The position numbers were made by a program, and so were the translations under genes. Shown piece by piece: positions 1 through 10,020 of a stretch of DNA of 64,000 bases. The stretch lies in assembly GCA_038496445.1 (NCBI GenBank), contig JALMLS010000598.1, positions 62,001 to 126,000 of the forward strand, read 5' to 3'. The notes below the pieces were generated by a model. That model was not told the DNA's origin. It saw nothing but the letters and a program-made list of their open reading frames with translations, and made no database searches. This stretch comes from Trichosphaerium sp. ATCC 40318 (lineage: Eukaryota; Protista; Tubulinea). Each line of letters begins with the position of its first letter. The first letter of the stretch is position 1.

Positions 1-1770
1 CCTACTTTACAAAGCTTCGTCAAATAGACTGGTATAATGGTCATTCATGGGCAAGGTAACTTTAACTGAGTACGTGCATTTACGAGATACTTATACCATT
101 AGCGGTATATTCGAGTTCGGTGATGCCAAAAACCAAGAAAGTACTTCAGAAGCCATAAATGGATGGTACGTTCACTTCTCACTCGCGGTGTTTTTTAAAG
201 GTTGCTAATGTACTAAAGGTATGGATTGGCGTTACTTGGTGAAGTGTTGGGTAATGACGAAATGAAGAATCTTGGAAGAATGTTGATGGCCACAGAAATT
301 CGGTAAGTACAGACACTCTTTGTTTGGCTTTCAGTAGCGCTGTTACTCACTTTATACAATTAGTGGCACTAAAAAGTATTGGCATATTACTAGCCAGTCT
401 GATATCTACCCAGATGCATTCAAGCAAAACAAAGCTATTGTTGGTATTCTATGGTCAAGTAAAGTAGATTATACAACTTGGTTTGGAGGAAATCTTGAAT
501 TTGTCTATGGAATACAAGTACGAACAGCCGCATTCGCACTTGGCACTTTTTTTATTAACTTTTTCTTCAAAATAGATGCTTCCTTTTACGCCTGCCACTG
601 AACTATTTCTTGATGACACTGACTGGGTCAGTGAAGCTTATGGATACCTTGAGAATCTGGTGAGGACTTTTTGAAACTCAAAGTCACGTGAACTAATTAA
701 TATAAATAGAATGCAGGTCAGGAGTGGAATGGGTTTCTTCTTTCATTTTTGGCGATTGTTGACAAACCTCGAGTACGCACAAGATCTAATTGTTAATCAC
801 GTGTTTGCTTAACTTGGTTTAGGCTTGGCAAGCAGTTCAGCAGCTGACCGCTTGGGATAATGGTAACTCGAGAACGAACACATATTACTGGTAAGACAAC
901 AAAGGCATAAACCGCATTGTGTTATTTGAACTAGAATACAACGTTCTTGTAACTTTTCTTTTGTCAATGTCGTGCTGTCTTTGTTCTAATTCAACCGTTA
1001 GGGTAGCAACAAGGCCCGGAAGTTCTCCAGGAGGTTCTTCAGGACCTGGAAGAATACCTATTGAAAGCTTTATTGGAAGAGAAGATACTTCAGCACCTAA
1101 TTTTGGTATGTTTGCTTTTCCGGCTGTTTTTATTTTTGACTGTAATTTTGAATATTGTGCTTCTATTAATACCCCTTTGTCCAGGTGGTCAATCATGCGG
1201 AAACCCACAAAGTTCAAATGACGGAAACCTTGCTGACTTACAAATAGCAAGCGACTCAGGGTTTCCAGGTGGATGCAATGTTGGTTGGGTTGACGCTGGT
1301 GAGAGTTTGTCTTACAATATTGCGTTCAGTTCAAGAACAAGTTATACTTTAAGTGCTCGTGTTGCTACTCCTGTTAGTGGTACCAAACGCTTTTCTGTAT
1401 TCGTTGATAACGTCAGAGTTGGTTCAGGACAATTTCAATCAACTGGTGGTGAGTTCTTTATTCCGTTATTTTCATATTTTTTTACATTTTTTTTCTTTCC
1501 TTTCTTTGTTGTTATGAACCTGGCGTACTCACTAGAAGTTTTTTGTTAACAGCCTGGCAAAATTATCAATGGGCTCATGTTAGTATGGGGACTGTTTCAG
1601 CAGGTAGTCATCAAGTAAAGATTGTGTTCGATACAAGTAGCTTCAACATGCACTTTTTTGAAATTGAACCAACTACTTCAGCAAGGAACGCAAATTCAAA
1701 CGCCATGTCACTGGTACCAAGTACTATTTTATCATTATTGATAGTTGTATTGTCTGTACTATTTGTATAA
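1..1770 (+). CDS. Glycoside hydrolase family 81 endo-1,3-beta-glucanase with C-terminal CBM6-like module and hydrophobic (GPI/TM-like) tail; 5'-partial, multi-exon
   Basis: Spliced translation gives [31 protein letters not shown] (GH81 ESTSEA motif), YTTWFGG, IQMLPFTP and WDNGNSRTNTYYWVATR. These are followed by NVGWVDAGESLSY...ARVAT...STGGWQNY (CBM6-like) and a hydrophobic C-terminus. GT-AG introns (e.g. 56-102) keep the frame. Confidence 0.9.
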
Positions 1771-1888
1771 CGTTCAAAGACATAAAGCTTAGAAAGTAGC
1801 TAGTAAATCACTTAGGCTAATTGTTCAGTTTATTATTAGTTTAGCTGAAGCTCTACTTTGACTCAAACGAGTGATCAGAGTACAATTT

Positions 1889-1941
1889 TCAGGTATTCAT
1901 ACAATAGATGTATCCGGGCTAAAGCGATTACAGATGAAGGA
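1889..1941 (+). pseudogene. Single decayed repeat of the GVHTI-type LRR family
   Basis: Reads SGIHTIDVSGLK then, after a frameshift, ITDEG; this is the same repeat as in 10021-11298. Confidence 0.55.
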
Positions 1942-2230
1942 TTCGTCATAATCTGTTTACCCTTAGTGACAACTTCAATCAAAACCTAAATGACTGTCGA
2001 TTGAGTAATAGTAGCTAGACAGCTGAACCAACTGCCAAGTACGTTTCTGGAAGGTGAGAATTCTGGAAATACCAGTCTGCCTAAAGCCTTTTGGAAAGTC
2101 AATGCGAATTAGTGGCAACCAATGAAGCGAATGAGTAAAGTTTTGTTGTTATGCATATTCAAGCTAGAGCTCTTGTCACGATATTCGTAATGTACTTAGA
2201 TAGAATAAAACACACTTAACTACAACTAGT

Positions 2231-2241
2231 ACCTCGCGCCT
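2231..2241 (+). repeat. Left target-site duplication ACCTCGCGCCT
   Basis: Identical to 9172-9182 and lies directly against the element's 5' end. Confidence 0.9.
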
Positions 2242-2440
2242 GGGGACTTAACTTCTACGAGGTTTGCAACAAGTCCTGCTACGTGATTGATTACGAGAGA
2301 TTACGATTAACAAAGGCAAGCATGAATTCCTTCTTTCTAAAGCGTCAGAACGGAGACGAATAAAATACCGTACAGGAAATCATGTTTGTTTTTGCGTTGT
2401 TTTTAGTGTTGTATGTGTAGATAGTAATACTTTGTATAGT

Positions 2441-3949
2441 ATGGGAGATAGTCAAGGTAGCCAAGAGAAGCAAACAGCCAGTGTCCCTACTCGTGGTCCT
2501 ACGGTCCAGAGTAATGATAGTATGGACTTAGAGAAGGATGATACAGGCAATATGCCATTGAATGATAAAGGTAAAATCTTTGGAACGAGAAAGTTTTTAG
2601 TGCCGCTTTACGCTGGTTGCAAGCGTATAGAAAGATTAGTGCAAACGACTCACATATATTTCGTGGTAGGCTATGAAAAGACTAGTAGTACCACTACCAC
2701 CGCTGAACGTAGTGAGAGGGCTAGAGGGAAAGAGGAAGAGTCTGATGACGAAGAAGTTGTTCCGATGAACTCTTCGCGGACTAGGAAACGTAACCGTGGG
2801 GATACAAACGGTCCTGGACACCCCAAACGCCAAAAAGTTAATAGAAGAACTCCGCCGGCGTCTAAAGTGGTTACGAGGAAGATACTCAAAGCTGCCGCGT
2901 ATAAGGCTCCTCCAAATGGTGCTACTATAAGGAATAATGGTAAAGCAATGAAGGCGGCGACTGACCTGGCCCAAGCAATCATCGACCGTCAAGACAGAGA
3001 CAAAAATCGTATTGGTAACAACCGACGTATAACCAGAGAAGAGGATAAACGTATGAATAAGGTTATCACGTCTACAGAAGAGTTCAAGGCCCAACGTGCA
3101 GTAACAGATGAACCGATTTTCTCGACGGCGAAAGCATATTGGGTATTGAGACCTGACTACCCCAACGACTTGGTTAATAAGGAATGGCCCTTACTGTTCA
3201 AGATTAGTATTGCGACGGACAGAGGTGACAAGGTCACGAGAGAACAAAGATCGTGGCTTAGCAAAGTCCACAACGGCTCGGCTTGTATTAGATCAAACGG
3301 AGATCTAGTTTTTTCCCTTATGTCGTCTGAGATGCGTGATTTTGTGGTAAGTATTGGTGATGGAGCTAGAGCAGTAGACCGTCTGGAGATTTTCTCTAAA
3401 GACGATGATGGAGCGGTTCCAAACACGAATAACATATTCTTCATCGATGGATTGAAGGAAGGTTATACCGCCAAAGAAGTTGTGGATGGCCTAAGAGAAG
3501 TTTACTACGACGTGAAAAGTATTCGAGTGCTTAAAATGGGGACTAATTCTTCTCAATATTACGAGGAATATCCATTGTACGCCAAAGTGATGATTGATGG
3601 GTACAAAGGTTCTACGGCGTTTATGGATGCGATTGATAACTCTTGTGGGTATTGTGGCTACTGGGAAGTTAGCATTAAACGATACGTTGCTAAAGGATCG
3701 GCGAGAGCAATTCTAGCGCGTTTTGACCCAGATAAGCTGGCGATTTTCAAGTGCGGATTGTTTGTCGCACAAGTTAAGAAGTTGCTTGGTATAAACATTA
3801 TAGCAATCAACAAAGCACGCGGTTCTGGAGGTCATAGAGGTACAGTATGTTATGTGACGTTTGCGTCGGAAGAAGAAAAGCTTAGGGCGATTGACGTTGG
3901 ACAGTTGAAATGGGGTAAAGGTGTAGCCTTGAGTTTTCGGTATAATTAA
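2441..3949 (+). CDS. Retrotransposon ORF1, putative RNA-binding protein (basic disordered N-terminus, RRM-like C-terminal part)
   Basis: Intronless ORF of about 500 aa from the first ATG at 2441, ending 21 nt upstream of ORF2. It has an RNP1-like GTVCYVTFASEEEKLRAI and an NLS-like RKRNR...PKRQK. Confidence 0.8.
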   Translation: MGDSQGSQEKQTASVPTRGPTVQSNDSMDLEKDDTGNMPLNDKGKIFGTRKFLVPLYAGCKRIERLVQTTHIYFVVGYEKTSSTTTTAERSERARGKEEESDDEEVVPMNSSRTRKRNRGDTNGPGHPKRQKVNRRTPPASKVVTRKILKAAAYKAPPNGATIRNNGKAMKAATDLAQAIIDRQDRDKNRIGNNRRITREEDKRMNKVITSTEEFKAQRAVTDEPIFSTAKAYWVLRPDYPNDLVNKEWPLLFKISIATDRGDKVTREQRSWLSKVHNGSACIRSNGDLVFSLMSSEMRDFVVSIGDGARAVDRLEIFSKDDDGAVPNTNNIFFIDGLKEGYTAKEVVDGLREVYYDVKSIRVLKMGTNSSQYYEEYPLYAKVMIDGYKGSTAFMDAIDNSCGYCGYWEVSIKRYVAKGSARAILARFDPDKLAIFKCGLFVAQVKKLLGINIIAINKARGSGGHRGTVCYVTFASEEEKLRAIDVGQLKWGKGVALSFRYN

Positions 3950-3970
3950 ATAAATGTAATTTTATTAACT

Positions 3971-6900
3971 ATGTCTATGTCTAAATTAGGCTCGTACCAC
4001 AACTCAACTACTCCTCCTTTTACATCCCAACCAACCTTAGATGAACACTCTGATGACGATAGGGTAGACGAGTACAAGAATAGATTGGTGGTAATGTCGG
4101 TTAATCTGTCCCAAGCGGGTATACAAGGTAAGTATCGAGAAATTACACAATTTTTAGAAGCGTACAGTCCAGATGTGCTACTACTCCAAGAGTGTCACAG
4201 CACTAGCGAAGACATGGTATATATCAACAAACAGTTGGAAAAGGATGTTCCTAGCTATATGGCGTATCACAACTTGGTTACGAAGGACACAGCTACGAAA
4301 TTGAATACGAGACACCGAGAAAACGTGTTTGCTAAAAAATATAAAATAGAGGTAGAACAGATTGAACAAACGTTGATTGCCTTGGAGGAAGAAGAGTTTA
4401 AGAAAGAGTATGAATACCTTAGCGGTTTTGGCAAACCGCAAGGTGGTGTGGTTACTATAGTAAGCAAGACAATAGAGATGGGTAGTATAAAAGTCAAATG
4501 CAAAGACAAAGTTTTTCTTCCGGTGGTTATTAACAGTCGTGGTTCACGTAAGCACAGAACACTAGTGGTTAATGTTTATATAGACGCATATTCGGACAAA
4601 GTAAAGGCAGAGCAAATCTCGGAACTAACAGAACTTGTTCCACAATGGTGTAACGAACATGATGTGGATCCAAAAAGAGTAATAATAGGTGGTGATTGGA
4701 ATATCCCATTGTCATCAAGTGACGTTAGGTCCACGTCCCAAAGAGCTACTCGAAATGCTGTACTGGTATGGAATATGATAGAGGAGCTAGATTTATGGGA
4801 GCCATTCCGTAGATATGACGCAGACGTCCCAGAGTTTTCTTTTGGGAATAAATCTAGGATTGATTATTTTCTTGTGTCGAGGGAGTTTCCTTTTGACAGT
4901 ATATCATCAACTATACTAGAAGATGATGACTTGATAGGTTCTGACCACCACCCTATAGGGCTCTTTATGCAGACAGAGATGGCAAGGAAAGTAGTAGAAC
5001 CTAGAACAAGACCAGTTTTCAGAAGGATAAATGAGCGAGATATCACAACAGCGGACCTGAAAAGCAAGCTGGAATGGACAAAGATAGAGCAATATATTCA
5101 GCCGTCTACGACGGCGGCGTACAAAAGAGCAACAAACGAGGAAGATCCTCTTACTGCTATTGATCACTGGACGGCTTTTGTAGACGGGCTTAACGAAGAC
5201 CTATATGTATACCTTGAAAGCGTGTTGGACAAGAAAACATTCTCCAACAGAACGGTCCAAGGTTTTATCGATAGGTCTCACAAGTTGAATAAACTAAAAG
5301 ATAGTGCTAGGTATGCTATAGGGCTACGAATCAGAATTACAAAGAAGAATGCTAGAAGGGTTGGAGATACGTTCCGCGAAATACGTAGGTTAGCTAGAGC
5401 TACCAAAATCAAGGATTGGATAGATAGAGAAATACATAATAAGGAAGAAGGAGTGGAAATGGTGGCGGAAATACTGCGTAGCTTAGCTTACCAGAAAAGG
5501 ACGGTACGAAGGAAAATCAGAGCTAAGTTTTTCCGGATCTGTGCTAAACAATGTTTAAATATGAGGAGTAGACCCTTATTTGCGCGTATGCGTAAACTAA
5601 AGAGTGACCTGAGTGGTGAAGTAGATTTTCCAGAATACCTGGTTCCTAATAAAACGCACTGGGAAGGGGACGAAACGGTGGAACATTCAGAGAAGGAACA
5701 TTTAACAAGCAATGAGGATATAGCAGAGGAGTTTGAACGTAAATGGGGAGCACTGTTCTGTGCCAAAGCTAGAGTTAAAAAGCCAAAAGGTAATGACCTC
5801 CCATTTGAAGTTGACCTACCTGTTCCAGAGGAGGAGATAAAAGAAGTTGATCACACATTTCCGATTAACGAAGAATCATTTCGGAAGGCTGCAGAACAAT
5901 TAGCTTCGTACAAAGCGCCGGGAGAGTCTGGTATAGGTTCTCGTATCTTCAAGTGCATTCCTAGAGAAATAGTAGCTATGTTGGTGAAACTATTTAATTA
6001 CGTGTATACAAACTCCATTATGCCAAGAGCATGGAGCAAAAGCTGCGTAGTTATGTTGCCTAAAGGCAACAGTAATGATGTTTTTGCCTTTCGACCAATT
6101 GCGCTGCTAGATTCTGAATATAAAATATATTCCAGAATCTTGACTAACGACCTTAATAGACATGTGCTTGAAAATAAATTGATGTCAAAATTACAATTTG
6201 GGTTTGTTAAGGATAGGTCTATATACATGGCACATAAACTATTCCACGGCGTACTTAATGACGCTAATTTGGCCGACAAGGATTTATTGGCATTGTTCAT
6301 TGATCTAAGAAAAGCATACGATTCCATTCCACATTGGGCAGTAGAGGTAATCCTGAGGTTCCATAAGGTGCCTGAGCACCTTATTAATGGTATTATGGCA
6401 ATATACGGAGGGCTTAGGGCTACTATTAAACTTCCAGTTGGAGACGTTGACTTTAACGTCAATAGAGGAACTAGACAAGGAGACATAATTTCTCCTACGA
6501 TATGGGACTTATTCATCAATCTCATACTGCTAAAGATAGAACAAGAAGGATACGGGTATTGTATGAGTACTACGGGTAAGAAAGTGCCAGCTTCTGGGTA
6601 CGCAGACGATATAGTATTACTAGCCAGATCAATACTAGATATGTATAACATGTTTACAGTGATTAAAAAATTCTGCAATCACTTTTTGGTTAACGTTAAC
6701 CCTAAAAAGTGCGCTATTACTGTGCGTAGATCGGTCAAGAGGGAAATAGGCGACTTGGAATTCCTAACATGGAGGAGTAAGGCAATTGAAGAGCTGAAGC
6801 CCAACGAATGTTATAAATATCTGGGAATCCATACGTGTCTTGACATGAACTTTAGTACTCACTATAATAAGCTAGATAAGTCATTCCGTACACAAATGGG

Positions 6901-8908
6901 AATAATTAAATCAAGATTGTTTACAACTAAACAAAGAGTTATCCTTATTAACCAAGCAGTTATGGCGAAAATCAGCTTCACAATGGGAGCGATCATTATA
7001 CCAGAGGTAATGCTGAGTAAGTGGAACACAACGGCATGTAAAGCGGTACTGTACAGCGCCAAAGCTGATACTTCTCTATACGAGTGTCGGGTACAATCTA
7101 GGTTAGCGGGACTAGGACTTAGAGATCTAAAGGATATTCAAATCATGATGTATGTTAAAACAGCCCTCAAGGACGTACTCAACACCAAGGAAAGTATGCC
7201 TCCACTCACGATAGAAGCAAATAAGGAAAAGGAAAAGCTACGTAACCTTATGGATAAATCTAACTGGAAAGTTACCTTCTATGATGGACCTAAAGTGGAA
7301 CCTCGCATTGGTAAGTATAAAAAGGAAGTATTTGAAAGTTTTGTATATTCGGTGATTGAAGACGGTATGACAAAATATGTTATTGGATCAGACGGTAGTG
7401 TAATAGAAGACAAAATAGCGTCTTCAGCAGTAGCTTTTGCGTTCAACCAAAAGTCATGTACTAAGGCAGCTACAATGTTCCATGACGATTCGACGGGAGC
7501 AGAATTAGAAGCCATTGAGCTGGCGCTCAAGGCTTCTCCGGATGAAACTAATATTATTAATATCACTGATTCGCTAGGAGCTAAAACGCTTATTGATGGG
7601 TACATGGACATGTCTAAAGTGAAGAAATTCAAATGCAAGTATGGTCACACACTAGTTAGAATAACGAACCTTATTAAGAAGAGAGCGGCACTTGGAGCCT
7701 CTACAGAACTGATCTTTTACCCTAGTCATGTTAAAGATAGCTTTGCAAAATTTAAAAAGGCAAGAGTCATTCGTACGAAACTAGCTAAGAGATTTGAATA
7801 CGATGACATCGACCACTTCCAAAAGCTCAATGAGATGGCGGATTGGGCTGCTGGAGCGGAAGAACTACCGGTACAAGGTAAGAGTCTTATTAATACAGGA
7901 GCGGTACCAGTGGGAACACCCAAGTGGATCATGGAAAATGTTGCAAATGGGAAAAAGGTTTTCAACGACCCGTGGATTGAGTTTAGAAATGAAGGGGAAG
8001 CAGAGAAAATCAGAGAGATGGAAATAGTAGCTAAGTCTTATGGGAGAACCAGAGAAGGCACGATGTATTGTGAATCTTTCTTCCCAGACTGTACTTACGC
8101 ACAGTCTGCGATTAAAGAGTTTGTGTTTAGAGTTAGAAATAACGCGCTAAGGTTGAACCATGCATGCCATAATCCACGCAAATGTGGAAGATCAGAATCA
8201 GTGTGGTCTAAGAAAAACCGCATTATGTACCCTAGTGCACATTGTGGTGCTTGCTTGGCAGTTGGAGTTGAAGCTACGGAAAATTTCCAGCACTTTGCTA
8301 GCTGTGTTAATTGTGAATTTAATTTTGGTTTTCACTTTGTTACGCAGGTGTCTCGTATTCTACAACATGTTACGCAATGGCCCCACCCTAAATTGTCATG
8401 GGACGAATCTGATGCAAACAGGTCGATTGTTGTAGGTGTGACGGCAGGTAACGCTTTCGTCATACCGGACATGGTCAAAACTTGGAGGGTTACTAATGAA
8501 ATGAGAGAAGTGGCATTACTGGGTATGAGTGAAGAAAAAATAAGAGAATGGCGTGATAGACAAGAGGTATTATTACATGGTAATATGTCCAATATACAAA
8601 GAGCAATAGAAATGGCGGAGGTATGGGGCGTGAAGACAGACAGTACAGACAATTTCTCATATCGCACGTCCATGGGATGGGTGATGAAAGGAATGTACGC
8701 TAAGGTTAAAGGAATATTGGGATTATCGAAGGCTAAGGCGGAGATGGCAACGAAGATGATTAATGTGGCATACATCACACTGTTGTACCGGAAGTACAAA
8801 GCGAGATGTAAGACAGAAGCAAAGATTCGTAACGAGAGAGGTAGAACAATGGGTAAAGGTCAATGGAAGAAGGTTAAGAGAAAGAGAGCGAATAGAACGG
8901 GAGACTAA
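3971..8908 (+). CDS. Retrotransposon ORF2 polyprotein: APE endonuclease, reverse transcriptase, RNase H, C-terminal CCHC-like zinc finger
   Basis: APE motifs: SVN, LLQE, NVY, GGDWN, RIDYFL, SDHHPI. RT motifs: KAPG, FRPIALL, QFGF, DLRKAYDSI, GTRQGDIISP, YADD, YKYLG. RNase H motifs: SDGS, AELEAI, TDS, PSH, NEMADWAA. Zinc finger: CGAC..E..QH...C. Confidence 0.95.
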   Translation: MSMSKLGSYHNSTTPPFTSQPTLDEHSDDDRVDEYKNRLVVMSVNLSQAGIQGKYREITQFLEAYSPDVLLLQECHSTSEDMVYINKQLEKDVPSYMAYHNLVTKDTATKLNTRHRENVFAKKYKIEVEQIEQTLIALEEEEFKKEYEYLSGFGKPQGGVVTIVSKTIEMGSIKVKCKDKVFLPVVINSRGSRKHRTLVVNVYIDAYSDKVKAEQISELTELVPQWCNEHDVDPKRVIIGGDWNIPLSSSDVRSTSQRATRNAVLVWNMIEELDLWEPFRRYDADVPEFSFGNKSRIDYFLVSREFPFDSISSTILEDDDLIGSDHHPIGLFMQTEMARKVVEPRTRPVFRRINERDITTADLKSKLEWTKIEQYIQPSTTAAYKRATNEEDPLTAIDHWTAFVDGLNEDLYVYLESVLDKKTFSNRTVQGFIDRSHKLNKLKDSARYAIGLRIRITKKNARRVGDTFREIRRLARATKIKDWIDREIHNKEEGVEMVAEILRSLAYQKRTVRRKIRAKFFRICAKQCLNMRSRPLFARMRKLKSDLSGEVDFPEYLVPNKTHWEGDETVEHSEKEHLTSNEDIAEEFERKWGALFCAKARVKKPKGNDLPFEVDLPVPEEEIKEVDHTFPINEESFRKAAEQLASYKAPGESGIGSRIFKCIPREIVAMLVKLFNYVYTNSIMPRAWSKSCVVMLPKGNSNDVFAFRPIALLDSEYKIYSRILTNDLNRHVLENKLMSKLQFGFVKDRSIYMAHKLFHGVLNDANLADKDLLALFIDLRKAYDSIPHWAVEVILRFHKVPEHLINGIMAIYGGLRATIKLPVGDVDFNVNRGTRQGDIISPTIWDLFINLILLKIEQEGYGYCMSTTGKKVPASGYADDIVLLARSILDMYNMFTVIKKFCNHFLVNVNPKKCAITVRRSVKREIGDLEFLTWRSKAIEELKPNECYKYLGIHTCLDMNFSTHYNKLDKSFRTQMGIIKSRLFTTKQRVILINQAVMAKISFTMGAIIIPEVMLSKWNTTACKAVLYSAKADTSLYECRVQSRLAGLGLRDLKDIQIMMYVKTALKDVLNTKESMPPLTIEANKEKEKLRNLMDKSNWKVTFYDGPKVEPRIGKYKKEVFESFVYSVIEDGMTKYVIGSDGSVIEDKIASSAVAFAFNQKSCTKAATMFHDDSTGAELEAIELALKASPDETNIINITDSLGAKTLIDGYMDMSKVKKFKCKYGHTLVRITNLIKKRAALGASTELIFYPSHVKDSFAKFKKARVIRTKLAKRFEYDDIDHFQKLNEMADWAAGAEELPVQGKSLINTGAVPVGTPKWIMENVANGKKVFNDPWIEFRNEGEAEKIREMEIVAKSYGRTREGTMYCESFFPDCTYAQSAIKEFVFRVRNNALRLNHACHNPRKCGRSESVWSKKNRIMYPSAHCGACLAVGVEATENFQHFASCVNCEFNFGFHFVTQVSRILQHVTQWPHPKLSWDESDANRSIVVGVTAGNAFVIPDMVKTWRVTNEMREVALLGMSEEKIREWRDRQEVLLHGNMSNIQRAIEMAEVWGVKTDSTDNFSYRTSMGWVMKGMYAKVKGILGLSKAKAEMATKMINVAYITLLYRKYKARCKTEAKIRNERGRTMGKGQWKKVKRKRANRTGD

Positions 8909-9142
8909 AATAGAAGGGGCAGAGAATAGGACGGGGAGACGGTATAGACTATGTAAGCGGAGTTGCAGGTTTTTATGCCAGGGGGCTTTTCCTGCTTGGG
9001 AGGTTTTCTGTAACTTTTCCTCCAATTTTTCAACTTTTCAATTTTTCAATTCTATTTCACATGATAGGCTCCAGTAGCCATGTCGGGTGGTTTGGCGCTT
9101 TTCTATAGCGGCCTTATCTGCGCCCTGAAAGTCAACCCCAGA

Positions 9143-9172
9143 CAATAAACAATAAACAAACAAACAAACAAA
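9143..9172 (+). repeat. Retrotransposon 3' tail (CAATAAA)2(CAAA)4
   Basis: Visible directly; two AATAAA hexamers followed by a tetranucleotide microsatellite instead of poly(A). Confidence 0.9.
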
Positions 9173-9182
9173 CCTCGCGCCT
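9172..9182 (+). repeat. Right target-site duplication ACCTCGCGCCT
   Basis: Identical to 2231-2241. The first A is shared ambiguously with the CAAA tail, so the TSD is 10-11 bp. Confidence 0.9.
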
Positions 9183-10020
9183 TTTCTCGTAACAGCTCTA
9201 AGAATACCGGTTATCGACTTAACGGTGGCAATTAGTAACCTGTATCCGAACCTTTTTAAAACACATGATTGTTTTTTGGATTTTGTGCTTCAAAATAGTT
9301 TTTGTTATTTGGCCAAATAGCTGTATAATAACGTGGATCACACTATTTTAGAGCTTTTACCAAGTTTTAGAAAAAGTTAACTCCAAAAAAAAGAGGACCC
9401 GTGAAAACCACCAAAATCGAGTCGCTCGGGTGTTTTAAGCAGTTGATGAGCGTAAAAAACGATTCTGTGATGGTGCAAAAAAGTTAGCTTAAGTTGCAAT
9501 TTTTCTTAAATTTCACGCTTTAAACCAAAAGGGGTCCCCCAAATATTCGATATGATATGCACCACACCAGTGCAAAGCGACACAAAGCAGTTTTAGGGTT
9601 TTTTGAGATGCACTCCCATTAAATATTCATTCATAACGCAAGATCATTATTATACCATTACGTCAAAACCGTACTAACACACTCTCTGTCGGAGTGATGT
9701 GGAGCCTTGTATGAACTGTTCGCCACAAAGGGAGACAACTGGGTTATGGCGCTCAGTCGCCGCTAGGCTCTGCCCCCCCCAAACCCCCCCTGAAAGGGGG
9801 AGCTTTCTAAATAGTTCCTATGACATTATACAAAATTCTACATATTTGGGCTTCCGCTTGTGAATGACATTTTAACAGAATATTGGTCCACTACAAGGAC
9901 CTGGAGAATAGCAATAGACGCAAAATACTTTGTTTCACGTGAATGACTGTGTTTAGAGAACTTGAAAATTTGAGAAAGAAATGTTCACGACATTTTACAT
10001 CATTTTTCATAAGGTCAAAC

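Larger units (their letters stand above)
2242..9171 (+). mobile_element. Full-length non-LTR retrotransposon (APE-type, two ORFs, with RNase H)
   Basis: Starts GGGG immediately after one copy of ACCTCGCGCCT and carries intact, intronless ORF1 and ORF2. It ends in CAATAAACAATAAA(CAAA)4 followed by a second ACCTCGCGCCT. Confidence 0.95.

Noticed and set aside
2242-2340. HDV-like ribozyme at the retrotransposon 5' end
   Set aside because: A 7-bp P1-like stem with a terminal G-U exists, but no P3/L3 of the right size, no P1.1 GG and no J4/2-P2 can be fitted.
9172-9260. Target site as U2 or U5 snRNA (CTCGCGCCTTTT resemblance)
   Set aside because: It lacks the U2 GGCTAAGATCAAGTGTAGTA continuation and the U5 GCCTTTTAC loop with its flanking stem; only a weak hairpin follows.
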